A stretch of 63,787 nt of DNA, filler included, from Peribolospora baueri (taxonomy: Eukaryota): assembly GCA_029717555.1 (NCBI GenBank). It is 3 parts of 3 records of this genome, joined end to end, with 100 filler letters (N's around TTAATTAATTAA, not from the genome) between each part and the next. Parts side by side here need not be neighbours in the genome. Positions count along the whole stretch, not along the records: positions 43,983 to 63,787 come from JAMDHS010000160.1; 2 more parts are not named here. The stretch is one strand, 5' to 3'. Below the pieces are notes generated by a model, which worked only from the letters and a program-made list of their open reading frames with translations, ran no database searches and was not told where the DNA came from. Within the stretch, counting starts at the first letter, position 1, and every line of letters begins with the position of its first letter. Position numbers and translations under genes: made by a program. Shown here piece after piece: positions 61,901 to 63,787 of this stretch.

Positions 61901-62294
61901 GTAGGAACCGATCTGCGACGAAGAGAACGACGACAGGATTGGGAATTGGAATTGTGAGTCAAAAGGACAACCGAGGCAAGAAGAAGGAGAGGCAAGGAAA
62001 CGCGACGCTCACATCTCGGCTGCCGGGACGTCCGGTACTTTTGATGACATGGCAGAGGTCGGGCGGGCCGAGCTCGCGGAAAGAGGCTGCAATTTGCGTG
62101 TAGCGCGCAAACCAAACAAAGCACCAGCATCGCCATCCAGTCCGGTTCGGTCAGAACAGGCTAAGCCGCGGAGAAGACAAGATTAAGAAGGTGGAAAGAG
62201 ACGGGTGCTCACCGAGGGTTTCGGTACGAGAGAGGAGAGACTCTCCGAGGTCCACCTCGAAGAACTCGGGCTGGTCCCGGAACGCCTCGCTCAT
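58999..62294 (-). CDS. ChAPs-family exomer cargo adaptor (Bch1/Bud7-like), multi-exon
   Basis: MSEAFRDQPEFFEVDLGESL, GSYHYVSGVDASSSAALAAY, MWQEAYLSALLRAILY, ALLTLNSCPMFTY, KRLCERWLDNLFMVLYE and EWEILG. Confidence 0.92.
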
Positions 62295-62893
62295 TCTGAC
62301 ACGGAGCTAGAGGTGAGCGTGCGCACGACGCTCGTGCGGGTGGGTATCGAGACGGAAGGAGGACGGGAAGAAGGAAGTGATGGGTGCTGGGGTGGGTGAC
62401 TGCGCAGCGGCGAGGTGAGCGGTCGATGTCGACAAAGACGCGCCCCGGGTCGCGTCAACGAAGGCGGCCGGGTATGGAGGTGCCAGAGAGGGGCGTCGAG
62501 GCGGCGACGGGTGGGTGGGGATGGATGAAGGAAGGAGATGGAGGAAGAAAACGTAGAACGTCGAGCTCGACGTTGCCGACAACGACCACAACGAGCCAGC
62601 CAGCCCGGCTCGCCAGCCAACGAGTGCCGCAGCCAGCGTGTCTTCCCACCCAATCAGCCATGCCCGTGCGCCCGTTGTGCCGCAGTAGGGCCCGTGCCCC
62701 GCCCGACTTTTCTCTGCAGTGGTTCTGGTTCTACGCCCGGTGGTACGGGCGTGCAGAGTCGCGATGTGACGAACTAGAAATACATGCAGTGCGTACGTAG
62801 AGGACACGAAAAAGAAACGAACGGGAGAGCCGGCCGGAGGACGGCGATAAAAAACGAGTCTTTCTCAGCGAAAGGGCGTAAGCAAACTTGGTC

Positions 62894-63672
62894 TCAACCA
62901 AGATCAGGCTCGAAAGGCAAGTCAAAGTTGGCCTTTGCGCAATGGTCCGTTTTCCGCTTCGTCTGCCTCAGCAGACCCAAGTACCCAAGTTCATTGACGG
63001 CCCTCGCAAAGCGCGCCTGCACCTCTCTCTGCCGTCGGCCGTCTTCACCGTTGACGTCGGCGTCGGCGTCGGCCGTGCCGGGTGTGGTGGGCGTCGCGTC
63101 TGCTCCCTTTTCCCTTTCTTCTTCTTCGCCCCTTCGGCGCTTCCCTGGCGTCCCTGTCGCCCTCTTCTTGGAAGGCGTCGATGTCGGAGTGCTCGAGGGA
63201 GTGCCCCTTTCCTGAACCCTACGCCGGCCCCGGCCCGAAGCCGAGCCTCGGTCAGCTTGACCTTCCTCCGCGTCCTCCTCCACCTGCAACGCCAAAGCGA
63301 AGCTCTCGTACCAATCGAACAGGTTTACGAGTCGCCCGGAGTCGCGGTATCTGTGGTAGGCAAGACAGATGTCGGGAAGGCTCGAGCCTGCCTCGGCGGG
63401 GTCACAGCAGCAGGGGCAGGAAAGGTAGGCGTGTGGATCTGAGAGGCCGGCCAGAATGTTGCGGCGGATGATGGGGTTAAGGAGCTGCGAGAGAGCGAGC
63501 GATGGAGGCGAGGACGAAGACACTCAGTGGTCGACCTCAACGGGTCCAACAACACATGACTACTCACAAGACTCAAGTGCTTGTCCGAGTCGTAGTACCA
63601 AATCTCGTGCATCGGTAGCGAGCTGTGCGAGTACTGCACCAAAGACCTTGATGACAGCCAGTTCACCAACAA
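62894..63672 (-). CDS. ORC3: Origin recognition complex subunit 3, C-terminal exons (partial)
   Basis: LSDPHAYLSCPCC, LPDICLAYHRYRDSGRLVNLFDWYESF and QARFARAVNELGYLGLLRQTKRKTDH (ORC3 winged helix). Confidence 0.9.
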
Positions 63673-63735
63673 GATCAGGCGGGGACGTCAATTGGGAACA
63701 AAAGTGTTCAAGGCGCGTTAGCGGAGATGTACTTC

Positions 63736-63738
<3 letters not shown>

Positions 63739-63787
<49 letters not shown>
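63739..63787. repeat. Poly-T run at the window end
   Basis: 49 consecutive T. Confidence 0.9.

Overview
Intron-rich fungal DNA from a basidiomycete (the 5S rRNA resembles the Ustilaginomycotina type). The window is three unrelated scaffolds joined by artificial 100-bp linkers (N44-TTAATTAATTAA-N44 at 21937-22036 and 43883-43982). Scaffold 1 (1-21936) carries CipC-like, spartin-like, EAF-like, PEP4, an atypical NF-YB, NDUFS2 and Rds1/ferritin-like genes. It also holds a scrambled Ty3/gypsy relic with a 240-bp inverted repeat, and both of its ends carry the same repeat terminus in inverted orientation. Scaffold 2 (22037-43882) is a whole chromosome tip running from the last rDNA unit (LSU 3' end plus 5S) to a (TTAGGG)n telomere. 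Between them lie an apparently intronless cassette (atypical kinase, an HxHF orphan with an in-frame TAG, a Penelope-like RT, an APH-type kinase), LINE and solo-LTR pieces, and a patchwork of truncated housekeeping-gene fragments (VTA1, PAC3, a transcription factor, LIN1 with an internal inversion, DHDPS cut by the telomere). Only a proline iminopeptidase and a pyridoxal reductase look intact among these fragments. Scaffold 3 (43983-63787) is ordinary core genome: GPI3, PhoD-like phosphatase, NDC80, a disordered repeat protein, a ChAPs protein and the 3' part of ORC3. Family calls come from motif recognition by eye; no database was searched, and exon boundaries are manual estimates.
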